DNA of 63,227 nt, filler included, from Raillietiella orientalis (taxonomy: Eukaryota), in the NCBI GenBank assembly GCA_036172245.1. It is 8 parts of 8 records of this genome, joined end to end, with 100 filler letters (N's around TTAATTAATTAA, not from the genome) between each part and the next. Parts side by side here need not be neighbours in the genome. Positions count along the whole stretch, not along the records: positions 1 to 8,055 come from JAYWIR010000293.1; positions 8,156 to 16,181 come from JAYWIR010000294.1; 6 more parts are not named here. One strand, written 5' to 3'. Made by a program: the position numbers and the translations under genes. The stretch's first letter is position 1. Each line of letters begins with the position of its first letter. Positions 1 through 11,324 of the stretch are shown in pieces. Under the pieces are notes generated by a model. The model was not told the DNA's origin, did no database searches, and worked only from the letters and a program-made list of their open reading frames with translations.

Positions 1-1919
1 CCCCTTGCTCTTCAGTGCCTACTTTAGTTGGTACTGAGAGCGTACAGGAAAAGTCTGGTGCACCTGCCGCATGAATGCGCCGGAACGACTGCGGTTTCAG
101 CATATGCGTACGAACTCTTCCTACTGTTCCCCATGTCCATTCCAACTTCGGCGATCGAGAAGTTCTTCGACCTGCTGAATCGAGGAACCGGGCTTACGGT
201 AAAGAGGGCGAAGTCGTCCGTGATGCCAGTTGGTGCGTCGTGGGCAGGGCAGCAGGACTGGGTCTGTTTGGGGATCCTAACGGTGAGGTACTTCAAGTAC
301 CTTGATGTGCCGTTGGAAGACTACTCCCCTGCGGAAGCGTGGTTCGGTTGCCTTTAAAAAGTAGAGACGGCTATCGGCCCGTTCACAAGCGGCAGGTTCT
401 TCCTGCCTGAAGGGGCTGCGGTTTGGAACATGTTCGCGGCTCCTCTCCTCCGTTCCCTGCTTTTTGTTTGCCCCTCCAAAGAGAGGATTAAAAAGCAAAC
501 GAAGGACATCCTCCGTATCGCCCTTTGGGGCGACGGGAGGGCCCGAGTCCGCTTAAAGAACTTGCGCGCTCCGCGTCGGGACGGTGGTCTCGGCCTCCTG
601 ACATTGGAGCGGCTGGAGCTGCAGCTCCAGTTCCGCTTGTCGGCACTTGTGCAGGAGTTGTGGTGCACCTGTTAGTGCGTCCCTGTACGTCTCCTTCTTC
701 AGAGAGCCACCGGCAAGACGGGACTGACGTCGCTTCTTGCACTCCATCGAAGCCGCATCAACCGATGTGGGCTTCAGCTACGGAGGGTGGCTGCCCTGGC
801 AAGGAAAAATCAAGGATGGATCACCTGTCTCCCCGCGAACGGTAGTGCCTGGTTAAAGAAAAGCATTCGCAAATGGGGACAGTTGGGCATGCAACCCTCC
901 CAAAAGGAACGAAGGTTCCTGTTTGGGTGTTACAGAAGTTGCACGCTTCGTGAGATCCTGGAGGATTATAAGAAGAGAGCGTGGTAAGGAAGAACCCCAT
1001 TCGCTGCCTAGCTTGACTCCCTGGTGGAACATAAGTTCAGCGATGTTGCAGCGAAGTGGGAGGTTACAATAAAAATCTCCGGGAAAGAGAAGAAGCAGAG
1101 AGAGCGGAAGACGGGCCAGCTAACTGATGCTGCGATCCCGAGTACGCCTCCAAATGGACTTCTGCGCTGGTGAGCGCTGCTGGATGTTCCGATTGAACAT
1201 CTGAAGTGGCCCACGGTTTTTATGAACTCTTTCATCTTCTTCCTAAAATGGCAAGAGTCGGCATTCCTGTTTTAGCACTGGGGACTCCCCTGAAACGCCC
1301 GAGCATATTACCGGACCTGAGAGGCGGTGGATTTCAGTTGTGTAAGGTGCGGGGAACGAGAGTCCCTCCCCCACCTCCTAGTGGATTGTGTTGCCCTTCG
1401 GCCCCTTTGGTTCCGCTTTGCCGCGTCCATCGGTATCCTTTGCGACAACCCCAGGGACGCACTAAAAGCCTTCTTCGTTGCCGACGCCCTATGGCCATCG
1501 TCCTCGATTGCAGCCTTGTGCTGCCTTCGTGGGATGGTCGCCGCATGGAGCACGGTGACGGGAGGACCTAGCGATCAGGACGCCATCCAGTGCGCCTCTC
1601 AATTTTTGAGGAGGGAGGCGCGATGGCCCCACCTCGATGTATACAACAAACAAGTGCTTGCCAGGATCCTGAGAGGGATGATGCGGCCCCAGCAGCATCG
1701 ATGATCCCTTTCCGTTCCCTCCCACCCTTTGCTTCTTTTTGTTCAGTTTTTTGTTTTTCTTCTTTACTCTGCTGCCTTGGTGGACCGTACCGGTCTAGGA
1801 ACCGGTGAATTGGTAGGCACCGTGGTTCTAACTTCTGGATGGAGCATTGCCACAGCCATGAATAATTTCTTTATAAAGTTTATTTTTTAATAAACCACCC
1901 GAAGAATTCCGGGTGAAAA
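1..1919 (+). mobile_element. Tx1/L1-type non-LTR retrotransposon, family I, 3' part (RT C-terminal half, CCHC domain, 3' UTR), degenerate
   Basis: Broken frames read SAYAYELFLL (degenerate YADD), FKYLDVPL and CVRCGERESLPHLLVDC (CCHC). The U-rich 3' UTR ends AATAAA, hairpin CACCCG..CGGGTG, AAAA at 1919. Confidence 0.9.
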
Positions 1920-2778
1920 TGGAATGGTTTGTGCAAATCGATCGCGACGACAAAGGCTCAAGCCGAGTCCGTGCTATCCTCTGAAAGATCTCCTTGGTCA
2001 GAGCAGAGCGCAAGGCTCCCTTGACCATCCTGAGCAACGCGTTGTCGCAACTGCCACCATGAGCTGTCGAGAAGCAGGTTGGCCTCCATGGTTCCTCCGG
2101 GAACAGCGTAGGTCTCCTCGTGACTCACCACGAAAGCGGCCACGCGCCCCAAACGCTAGGTTCACAACTTGGCATACAACTATGCGTCCGCATTCACTAC
2201 TGTGATGGAACGCCAGATGCTAATGTTGCGTAAGTCTCTTGATTTCGGCAGGAGACGTACTTTTGCAGACCGGAACGAGGCGGGAACTTCGTTGTGTTCG
2301 CGGATCAGCGTACTTAACCTGAGCAGCAAGGGGGCAGCTCTGTCCCGAAGCGATGTTTAAACTCCGCGGGCAGACCGTCCTCTCCTGGTGCCTTCCTTTT
2401 CTTTAACTTTGCTATGGCGGAGATGATCTCTACCATCGTGAACGGTTCGGCCAACCTGAAAGGAACCTCCTACTTGAGCGCGGGAGCACCATCCTGCAGG
2501 AGGCGGTGTGCGAAATAGCGCTCAGGTGTTGATGGCGCGTACAAGGAGGAATTGAACTCCCGCACGATGCGGCTAACCTGAGCTGGGCTGGAACGTTCTT
2601 GGCCCTGATGGTCCAGCAAGCAGGCCGAGCCTGACTGCCAGGCCTGCCTCTCCGCCTCAGCTTTGAATTCCTCCAAGCGACGGACGTTGGGACGCCCGGA
2701 ATACCGGCAGGCCTGAATGTAGGCCCGCTCGTTCCTGACCCCATCGCCGAAGCCCGGCGGAAGACGTTCCAGGGGAAA

Positions 2779-3627
2779 CTAATCACTAAACTCGCGGACT
2801 GAGCACTTCATTTCGTACCAGTCCGCGAGCGTCTCAAGATGGAATCCTTGCAGGAAGGCGCGCAGATATTCCGCCGCTCCTGCGAGGCGCAACCAGTCCC
2901 CCGGCAGGCGCCACGTTTTCAGGGGAGGGCCCTTGTCGCGTGGATGTATCTCGAGCACGAGCTGTGGATGGTCAGACAGCTGTGCCGGGAGCGTTCCTCG
3001 AGTTCCCACCCGCGTGCACAGGTGGTTGTCGAGGAACAGGTGGTCGATGTTCCGATCTCTCCCGTCATCACCGGCCAACAAGTTGCGCGCATTGATGGCT
3101 GCGTACAACTCGTTGAACAGTCGTGCTCGAATGCACCGCGCACCTGCCAGCAGGCAAAGATTGAAGTCGCCTGCAATGAGGTGCGCCTTCCGTACGCCTG
3201 CTTCAGCCAGCCAGTCTCGCCGTAGGGATTCGAAAAACGCAGTGCGTTCCTCGGCCCCGTGGTTGCTCACTGGCGCGTATATGTTCGTCACAACGAGGTC
3301 GATCGATTCGGACCACTTGTGAACAAGCTGTCCAACTCGACCGTCCCCGTCGAAGCGAACGCTATGCAGAGAGTTTTCGACTGCCGGCTTCAGCAGAAAG
3401 GCCACTCCGCAGGAGTAATCTGTTCCGTTCCTCCACAGTAGCCGCCCTTCTGTGATTCTTTCGAAATCCTGGCCTGCTTCTGTTGTGAGCACGTGAGTCT
3501 CTTGCAGTAGGGCCAGGTCGAAGTCTCGCAGAATGGTGGCTACGTCTCGCCTCTTCCCGTCGCTGCTCAGCCCGTTGACGTTCCAACAGGTTATTCGCAA
3601 GCGGTGAGAGGAGGCGAGTCCACGCAA
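2779..3627 (-). pseudogene. ORF2 APE endonuclease domain (family II)
   Basis: Motifs ITCWNVNG, LLQETH, NIYAP, AGDFN, IDH and SDH are present. Premature stop at 2779. Confidence 0.9.
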
Positions 3628-3749
3628 TGGTGTTGTTATGGTGGGGTGGAAGAAACCGCCTCCTGTTCAGAAGACGGGTGGTCCAGGTCCATGTTGTTGG
3701 AGTGGTCAGGAGCATCGCTCACTCCGTCGGCCGTGGACTGTGTTAACAG

Positions 3750-5414
3750 TTAGTAAAGGATGCTCACAGTCACGGAGTCGCATTGTGCAACGCACATGGA
3801 CTCTTCCTCGCTGTCAGATGCCATTTCGACCTGTTCCTGAGAGGTGACAGCACGTCTACGAGCTCCTGTTGCATTTTTATGTTTTCTTTTCGGCAAGCCA
3901 ACGGAGGGCGAGTTCCCGCTTTCGGCGTCAGACTCGGAGGTTTCCGGGTCTTTTGCCGTAGCCGGGCGTCGAACGGCCTCCTTCTCGGCCTTGACGGGCT
4001 GCCTCAGGAAGGCAGCCAAGTCATCCGCGGCTTGCGCGAAGTTTGCATCAGAGATGCGTTCCACGTCATCACGGATTTCGCCGCCTGTTGGCGAGTCGGG
4101 TGACGTAACAACCGATTCGATAGCGGCAACTGGCGCGCTATCGTTCGGAACCGCAGCGGCTGAGCTTTCGCTCGCCGCTACAACGCTTCCAGTGGACTGG
4201 ACTGGAACAATAGATTCGATCGCGGCAACGTGTGCCGCGCTTTCGATCGCGAACGTAGCGATTTCGCCGCACGAAGCCGGAACCGCTTTATCGATCGACG
4301 CCGCGGGTGCGGTATCGATCGATGGCTTGCTGGTGGAAGCCTTCGCGGGAACGCGATCGATGTGCACGGTGGAACGGCGGACGGTTTTTGCCACCATTTT
4401 CACCGTTTTCTTGGAGGCCTTACCTTTCCCTTTGCTCTCCTTCTTTTTCACCAACTGACAACTGTTTTCGGCGACAGTTTCGCCTTCCTTCGGTTTTCGT
4501 TTCACTGGCGTCGATATCTCGCCTGGTTGGGAGGTTTCACCCGATTGGGGATCCTGTTTGTCCGAATCCTGTGGCGACTCTGTTCTCTTGTTGCCAACAG
4601 GAGTGGAAGCAAAACGAAGAGGGCACACCTTTCTCACGTGGCCCTTGTTACCGCAGCGTAGACACACGATGTTGGGGCACCTCCGTTTAAGGTGCCCTGT
4701 AGTCTCGCAGTTTCCGCAAAATTTGGGTTTCCCTATATACCACAGATCGATGTATTCTTCATCGACCTGTAGTCGGTGGGGTGAACCATTATCCTCGCGG
4801 ACTGTCACACAGGCGGGAGCATAGCCACTGAACGCCCTAGTATAGCCCAGGGAATTCGGCTTAGCCCACAGAGCGTGGACGGTCCCGTACTTTTCCAGTT
4901 CCTGCCTAACGGCATTTTTCGCCATTCGCATCGTTACCCCGATCAGGTGGATGACGATCGATTTTTCGGCAGTAAACGGGAAGATCCTTCTCCCGTTCAC
5001 GGTCACCGGGCATCTCAGCAACTGCTGAGTCATTCCTGCAGTTCTGCAGTTCAGCTCGACTAGCTGACCGCCACTGCGAACAGAAAGGCCGAGAACTTCT
5101 TCTTCCGGCACTTTCAGTTTTTTAAATTCTGCAGCAAACGTTCTCAATATCGCGGGAGAATAAAGCCCACCTACCTTATACAGTCGGGCCGGGTTGTATC
5201 CGTGGGACTCATAGGCCCGCTGTTCCTCGCATGGTGGCGGCGCGGGAGCCGCTACCACCGCACTCCAAGCCCTCGCCGTGGCGGGGGACGAATCTGTGGG
5301 GGAGATGGCTCCCACATTTATGGGCTGAGGGGACGAGGCTCGCCCGTCCCCCTTTTCTCCACTGGCGGTGTCCTCAGGCATTTCTGCCTTCAAAACACCG
5401 CCCAAAACCCACAC
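3750..5414 (-). CDS. Retrotransposon ORF1 (gag-like, two CCHC zinc knuckles), C-terminus probably frameshifted
   Basis: 554-aa ORF with CGNCETTGHLKRRC and CLRCGNKGHVRKVC, followed by a low-complexity tail. It lies upstream of the APE ORF. Confidence 0.85.
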   Translation of the reverse strand: MWVLGGVLKAEMPEDTASGEKGDGRASSPQPINVGAISPTDSSPATARAWSAVVAAPAPPPCEEQRAYESHGYNPARLYKVGGLYSPAILRTFAAEFKKLKVPEEEVLGLSVRSGGQLVELNCRTAGMTQQLLRCPVTVNGRRIFPFTAEKSIVIHLIGVTMRMAKNAVRQELEKYGTVHALWAKPNSLGYTRAFSGYAPACVTVREDNGSPHRLQVDEEYIDLWYIGKPKFCGNCETTGHLKRRCPNIVCLRCGNKGHVRKVCPLRFASTPVGNKRTESPQDSDKQDPQSGETSQPGEISTPVKRKPKEGETVAENSCQLVKKKESKGKGKASKKTVKMVAKTVRRSTVHIDRVPAKASTSKPSIDTAPAASIDKAVPASCGEIATFAIESAAHVAAIESIVPVQSTGSVVAASESSAAAVPNDSAPVAAIESVVTSPDSPTGGEIRDDVERISDANFAQAADDLAAFLRQPVKAEKEAVRRPATAKDPETSESDAESGNSPSVGLPKRKHKNATGARRRAVTSQEQVEMASDSEEESMCVAQCDSVTVSILY

Positions 5415-5479
5415 AACCTACAGAATTGCGCTAAAACGCAGGAGCAGCAAAAAAAACACGTCTGCCGTCCTGAGGTGCA

Positions 5480-8055
5480 CACCCGGATGTGCCGAAGCAT
5501 TTATTTTTTAGAAATAAAATTACATAGAAATGTCGCGTGGCGAACCTTAAGGTTCACCACTCCAAAACAGCTTGCTGGTTACCGGCTCAATGAGAGAGGT
5601 TCTTCCGATGCGCGGGGATGAGAAATAAAGAAAAACAAAAAGAAACAAAAAGTTCAAATGTGGGGGGGAACAAATGTTGTAGGGGTGGGAGGACGGGGAA
5701 GGGATCACGGTGCGCGTGGACAGGTCCTCTAGATCGTATTCAGGATCCGCACAAGCTGAGTCCTTTCAGCGCCCAAGTGGCGCCACTTGCAGACACTGCG
5801 CGCGAAAAGGCGAGTCCAGTGTGAGGCGTTGCCGGTTGGCTGACGCCTTCTTTTGGTGGCGTTCCAAGCCGCCACTATTCCTCTGATGCAGCAGAGGACT
5901 GCTACACTAGCCGGCGAAAACAAGGCGTCACTACAGAAGTGGCGCCATAAAACGTCATTTGGGCCGCATCCGCGCAAGTCCAGGATCGCCACGAGACGAT
6001 CCCACAAAAGGCAGAGGGCGCTACACTTAAGGAGAAGGTGGGGGAATGTTTCTTCTTTCCCACACCGGTCACAATTGGGATCCACAGCCCCCCGTTTGGT
6101 GTGATGCAGGCGTGCTTTGAACAGTAATCCCCAGAGTGCCACAAGCAACGACACACTCTGCCATTTCAGGGGGAGGGATGCACTGTTCCAGGACGCTGGA
6201 AGCCACTTCATCTCCTCCATAGATAGTCCGAGTAGCTCGCCCAGCGTCGAATTCCGCTGGGCGGGACACTCGGCGTCGCAGCGTCAGCTAGCTGCCGAGA
6301 TGTCCACGCCTTTATCGATTGTGTCCGGCTGCCTATAGTGCAGGACACGGTCCACTTCCCCTGCTCGCTACTGTCCCTGGCATTCACAAGGAAGGGCAGC
6401 ACTGGGGCGAGGGGGGTTATCAAGGCCCACAGAAGCTTCTTGTGGGACTGCACGATCTCCTGCAGCATCCAGCGGGCGTGCCTTCTCATACAAGTGTTCC
6501 TTGTGCCCGCCGGAACGTAAATCTTTACCCAGGTGGAGACCGACTCGTGCAACCAGGCGGAGTAGTTCCCTGGGAGGCAGGAGATCCAGGCGTTCTCTCG
6601 AACCGCAACGAAGATGCGTCGCAGCATAGAGCCACAGCAAGCTCTTCTGCAGACGCGCGCAGACAGAAACGACAAAAGTCCGCCGATTCCGCAGGCTCGT
6701 TGGGCCAGGAGGCGTGCTGGAACGCACCATGGCGTGTCACACAATTCGGCCGCGAGGGCGAAAGTCCAGAATCCAAGTTGCAGTTCGATGCGCTTCAGCG
6801 TAACTACGCCAAGTCCACCGTCCTTACGTAGAGCGCACAAGTCTTTGAGCCTCACACGGGACCTCCCTTTGCCCCAAATGGCTGTCCTCAGGAGGCCCGC
6901 TGCTCGTTTCCGAATAAAATAAGGGGCCAGGCAAACAAAAAGTAATAGACGAAGGAGGGAGGCCGCAAACGCGTTCCACACGACGGCCCGTTCCTGCAAG
7001 TAGAACCTGCCTTCATGGAACGGACCGATCGCCAACGCTGCCTTTTGGAGACGGTCGGACCATGCCTCTGCTGCGCAGAAGTCCCCCAACAGTACGCCGA
7101 GGTACTTGAAGCACCTGCCCGTGGGGATCCCCAAGCGGATCCAGTCCGACCGTCCAGCCCACGCCGAACTGACAAAGACCATGGACGACTTCGCCCTGTT
7201 CACCTCCAGGCCCGTCCAAGCGGCGCAGCAACTCGAAGAAGTCCTCGAGCGCACTCGCCTGGGTGGACCCGGGAAGCAGCAGCAGAAGATCGTCTGCATA
7301 GGCCGTCACGGCAGGCGTGCCGGCACACGAGCTCGGCAGTGTTGCCAGAGTTACTCTGTATGCCCTCAGCACCAACTCGAAGTAGGTGCTGAAGAGCAAG
7401 GGGCTCAGGCTGTCACCCTGCCAAATGCCGCGGCACACTGGCACGCCGTACACGTGCCGGCCGCTGAAACCAATATTTATTGACGCGTTGCGCCAGCAGG
7501 AGCACAGGTAGGACTGGAGCACGGACGAAAAATCCATGCGTTTTAGGAGCTCCAGAAGGAGATCATGGTCGACGCAGTCGAATGCTTTGTGCAAATCGAC
7601 CGCGACCGCAAAGGCTCCCGCCGAGACCGTCCTTTCTTCTGCATGATCTTGTTGGTCAGAGGGGTGCGCGAGGCTCCCTTGACTATCCTGAGCAACGCGT
7701 TGTCGCAACTGCCACCATGAGCTGGCGAGGAGCAGGTTGGCCTCCATGGTTCGTCCGGGAACAGCGTAGGTCTGCTCGGGATTCACCACGGAAGCAGCCA
7801 CCCGCTCCAAACGCTCAGCCCACAACTTGGCATACAACTTTGCGTCCGCATTCACTTCTGTGATGGGACGCCAGTTGCCAATGTTGCGTAAGCATCCTTA
7901 TTTCGGCAGGAGACGTACTTTTGCTGACCGGAAGGAGGCGGGGACTTCTCCGTGTTCGGCGATCAGCGTACCCAACCTGAGCACCAGGGGGGCCAGCTCT
8001 GGCGCGAAGTGTTTGTAAAACTCCGCGGGCGGGCCGTCCTTCCCTAGTGCTTTCC
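5480..8055 (-). mobile_element. Tx1/L1-type element, family II, RT to 3' end (frameshifted); carries an uninterrupted KAFD site at 7578-7591
   Basis: ORF 7013-7855 has QTYAVPGR, DLHKAFD, GIWQGDSLSP and YADD. Downstream are FKYLGV and CDRCGKEETFPHLLLKC. The 3' end is AATAAA...CCGGGTG at 5480. Confidence 0.92.
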
Positions 8056-8155
8056 NNNNNNNNNNNNNNNNNNNNNNNNNNNNNNNNNNNNNNNNNNNNT
8101 TAATTAATTAANNNNNNNNNNNNNNNNNNNNNNNNNNNNNNNNNNNNNNNNNNNN
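8056..8155. other. Artificial contig-joining linker (N run, TTAATTAATTAA, N run); repeated at 16182-16281, 24211-24310, 32167-32266, 40120-40219, 47992-48091, 55622-55721
   Basis: The 100-nt spacer is identical each time and contains a six-frame stop 12-mer. The complete contigs decrease in length (8026, 7929, 7856, 7853, 7772, 7530), as expected for size-sorted unplaced contigs. Confidence 0.97.
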
Positions 8156-8550
8156 CTGTTTACCTCGATGTCCGTCATACGGTTCAGCAACTCAAATAAA
8201 TCTTCGAACGCCGATGCTGTGGTATACCCGGGAAGCAGAAGCAGAAGTTCGTAGGAATAGGCCGACACGGACGGCGTGCCGGGACATGAGCTCGGTAGGA
8301 TTGCCAAAATCTCCCTGTATGATCTCAGCACCAACTCAAAGTAGATGCTGAAGAGCAGGGGGCTCAGGCTGCCACCCTGCCCGATGCCGCGACGAACCGG
8401 CACGCCGTACACGTGCCGGCTTCTGAAATTGATGTTAATTAGCGCGGAGCGCCAGAAAGAGCGCAATTACGCCAGGAAGACAACTGGAAATTCCCAGCTT
8501 CCCAGGAGCTTCAGGAGGAGCCCCTGGTCGACGCAGTCGAACGCCTTGTG
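8156..8550 (-). pseudogene. RT C-terminal portion of the host element interrupted by the 8551-11324 insertion
   Basis: Read from 8550 it gives HKAFDCVDQGLLL...GIGQGGSLSPLLFSIY...SAYSYELLL. Confidence 0.85.
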
Positions 8551-11324
8551 CGCTCTAGGGCGGACGTGTTTTCTCGGTGCTCCTCGTGCCAGGAAGTCTC
8601 CCCCAGTGCAAACGTCGTATGGTTCGGAGGTCGATCAGGCAGCGATGCCTGACGCGACCACCAGGGATGGCCAGGGGGCAGCGGCAACGCCGCTCCCAGA
8701 GGCGACGGAGAGCCAGAGGGCGGCGGCAACGTCGGCCCCAGAGTCGATGGAGGTGGGATCATCCGCCCCACAGAATCGGTCCCCCCTGCAGCGCGGGCAA
8801 GGAGCGCCGTGATGTCGGCGCCATCGCCTGCAGCCGCGGCGGAATTGTCGGCCTATGTAGAGAAGGGGTACAACTCCTCATTGTTCTACAAGGTAGGGAA
8901 TTTATATTCTTTAGAGAGCGCGCGCGCCTTCTCGAAGGGCATGCGCCCTCTCGATGTGAAAGAGGAGGAGCTCAGCGCTATGACCATCCGCAGCGGGGGT
9001 CAGTACGTTGAGGTCATCTGCAAACAAGCAGAGCTGGACCAACGACTGCTTAAAACTCACGTTGTGATGGGGACGCGCCGGCTCCGCCCCACTACGGCGA
9101 ACCGCAGCATGGTGGTCCACCTATTAGGCGTGACAGCGCGGATGCGGTAGGAACAGGTTCGCGGCGCGTCGGGGCAATACGGTACGGTCCACGCGCAGTG
9201 GACGGAAGTTGGTCCTTATGGAGACTACACAAGGCTTCAGAACGGCCTCACGGCAGCACACGTGACCGTACGAAAGGGCTGCACTTTTACCCACAAACTG
9301 GTGGTCGAAGGCTAAATCGTCGACCTCTGGTATGTGGGGAAGCCGAAATACGGCGGCTTCTGCAATATGTCGGGCCACCTCAAAAATAGGTGTCCCAACG
9401 TGAAGCGTCAAGTATGCGGCACAATGGGTCACACGAGGGAGGTGTGCCCAAAAGCAGCAGTGCAGATTGTTTCCAAGAGAATCCTTAAAAAACGCGCCCG
9501 TTTCAGCGTACGCGGACGACTTTCTGCTGCTGCTCCCTATGTCCACCCCGGCTGCGGAGGTCAAGGAGTTCATCGACCTGCTGCATCGGGGAACCGGACT
9601 TACGGTGAACAGGGCGAAGTCGTTCGTGATGCCATTTGCTGCGGCGAGGGCAGGGCAGTAGGAATGGGTCCGTTTGGGGATTCCCACGGTGAGGTACTTG
9701 AAGTACCTTGGTGTGCCGTTAAGGGACTACTCCCCTGCAGAAGCGTGGTCCAGCTGCCTCGAAAAAGTAGAGACAGCGATCTGCCCGTTCCTCGGCGGCA
9801 GGTTCTTCCTTCCTGAACGGGCCCCGGTTTGCAACACGTTCGCGGCTTCTCTCCTCCGCCCTCTGCTTTTTGTTTGTTCCTTCACAGAGAGAATTTAAAA
9901 GTGGACAAAGGACCTCCTTTGCATCGCCCTTTGGGGCAACGGGAGAGCCCGAGTCCGCTTAAAAGACTTGTGCGCATCTGGGCGGGATGGTGGTCTGGGC
10001 CTCCTGACGCTGGAGCGGCTAAAGCTTCAGCTCCAGTTCCGCTTGTCGGCACTCGTTGTAGAGTTGTGGTGCACCTGTTGGTGCGTCCCTGCACGTCTCC
10101 TTCTCCAGCAAGCCACCGGCAAGTTGGGACAGACGTCGTTTCTTGCACTCCGTCAACGCGTGTACCGATGCGGACTCCATCTACGGAGGGGGGCTGCGCT
10201 GTATCGGAAAAACCCAGCATTGCTCACCTGTTGCCCTTTGAACGGTAGTGCCTGATTGCAGGAAACCGTTCGCACGTGTGGACAGTTCGGCATGCAGCGC
10301 TCCCAACAGGAACGAAGGTTCCTGTTTGGGGGTTACAGAAGTTGCACGCTCCGCGAGATCCTGGAGGCTCCAAAGAAGAGAGCGTGGGCAGGAAGAACCC
10401 CCCTCGCTGCTGCGTTGCCCTCCTTGCTGGAACATCTGGATAGCGATGTTGCGGCGAATTGGGAGGTTTCAGTTACAATTTCTGGAAAGGAGAAGAAGAT
10501 AGGAGAGTGGAAGACGGGCCAGTTAACAGACGCTGCGTCCTTGAGTACGCCTCCCAATGGACTTCTGCGCTTGTGCGCGCTGCTCGATGTTCCCATTGGA
10601 CATCCGAAGTGGCCCCCGGTGCTCATGAACACTCCTGCCCTCCCCTTAAAATGGCAGGGGTTGGCTCTCCTGTTGCAGCACTGGGGACTCCCCTGCAACG
10701 TCCTTTGACACCACTGGACCTGGGGAGCGGTGGACCTCAATTGCGTCAGGTGTGGGGAACGGGAGTCCGTCCCCCACCTGCTAGTGGATTGCGTTGCCCT
10801 TCGGCTCCTTTGATTTCGCTTTGCCGCGGCCATCGAAATCCCCTGCGGCAACCCCAGGGACGCACTGAAAGCCCTCTTCGTTGCCGAGGCCCTTCGGCCA
10901 GCGGCCTCGTTAGCAGCTTTGTGCTGCCTACGCGGCATCGTCACCGCTTGGAGCAAGGCTACGGGAGGACAACGCGACCAGATTGCCATCCAGCCAGCCT
11001 CCCAGTTCCTGAGGAGGGCGTCCCGATGACCCCACCTGGATCCAGGAATACAGAAGGAGCTTGCCGGCATCCTGCAAAGGATGCAACGGCCCCACCAGCA
11101 ACTGTGATCCCTTCCCTTACCCTCCCAACTTTTCTTTTCTTTTTTGTTTTGTTTTTTGTTTTTCTCCTTCCCCCTGCTTCCGTGGTGGACCGTACCGGTC
11201 AGCGAACCGATGACTTGGCAGGCTCTGTGTTTCTTCGTGCGTGACTGTAGCAATGGTCCAGCCACCGCACGTCTTTGTAAATGATTATTTTACAATAAAC
11301 GCCCCGGCGAAATCCGGGTGAAAA
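8551..11324 (+). mobile_element. Family I element with both ends intact, internally deleted, flanked by a 14-bp TSD
   Basis: The 5' UTR and ORF1 (CNMSGHLKNRC, VCGTMGHTREVC) are fused at ~9500 to SAYADDFLLL of RT, then CCHC and 3' UTR. Flanks are TCGAACGCCTTGTG (8537-8550) and TCGAAGGCCTTGTG (11325-11338). Confidence 0.92.

Larger units (their letters stand above)
1920..5479 (-). mobile_element. Tx1/L1-type element, family II, 5' end through ORF1, APE and RT N-terminus; interrupted at the RT DLHKAFD codons
   Basis: Contains ORF1 3750-5414, APE ORF 2779-3627 and RT domain 0-2 remnants (ETYAVPGGTMEANLLL). Homology to the intact copy at 7578-8055 ends at 1920. Confidence 0.9.

Noticed and set aside
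8100..8111. Recurrent TTAATTAATTAA palindrome inside N runs
   Set aside because: It is an artificial six-frame-stop linker. Adjacency of contigs across it has no biological meaning.
10333..11265. 310-aa minus-strand ORF (also 61311-62180)
   Set aside because: It is antisense to the degenerate ORF2 3' region and is not consistently open in other copies.
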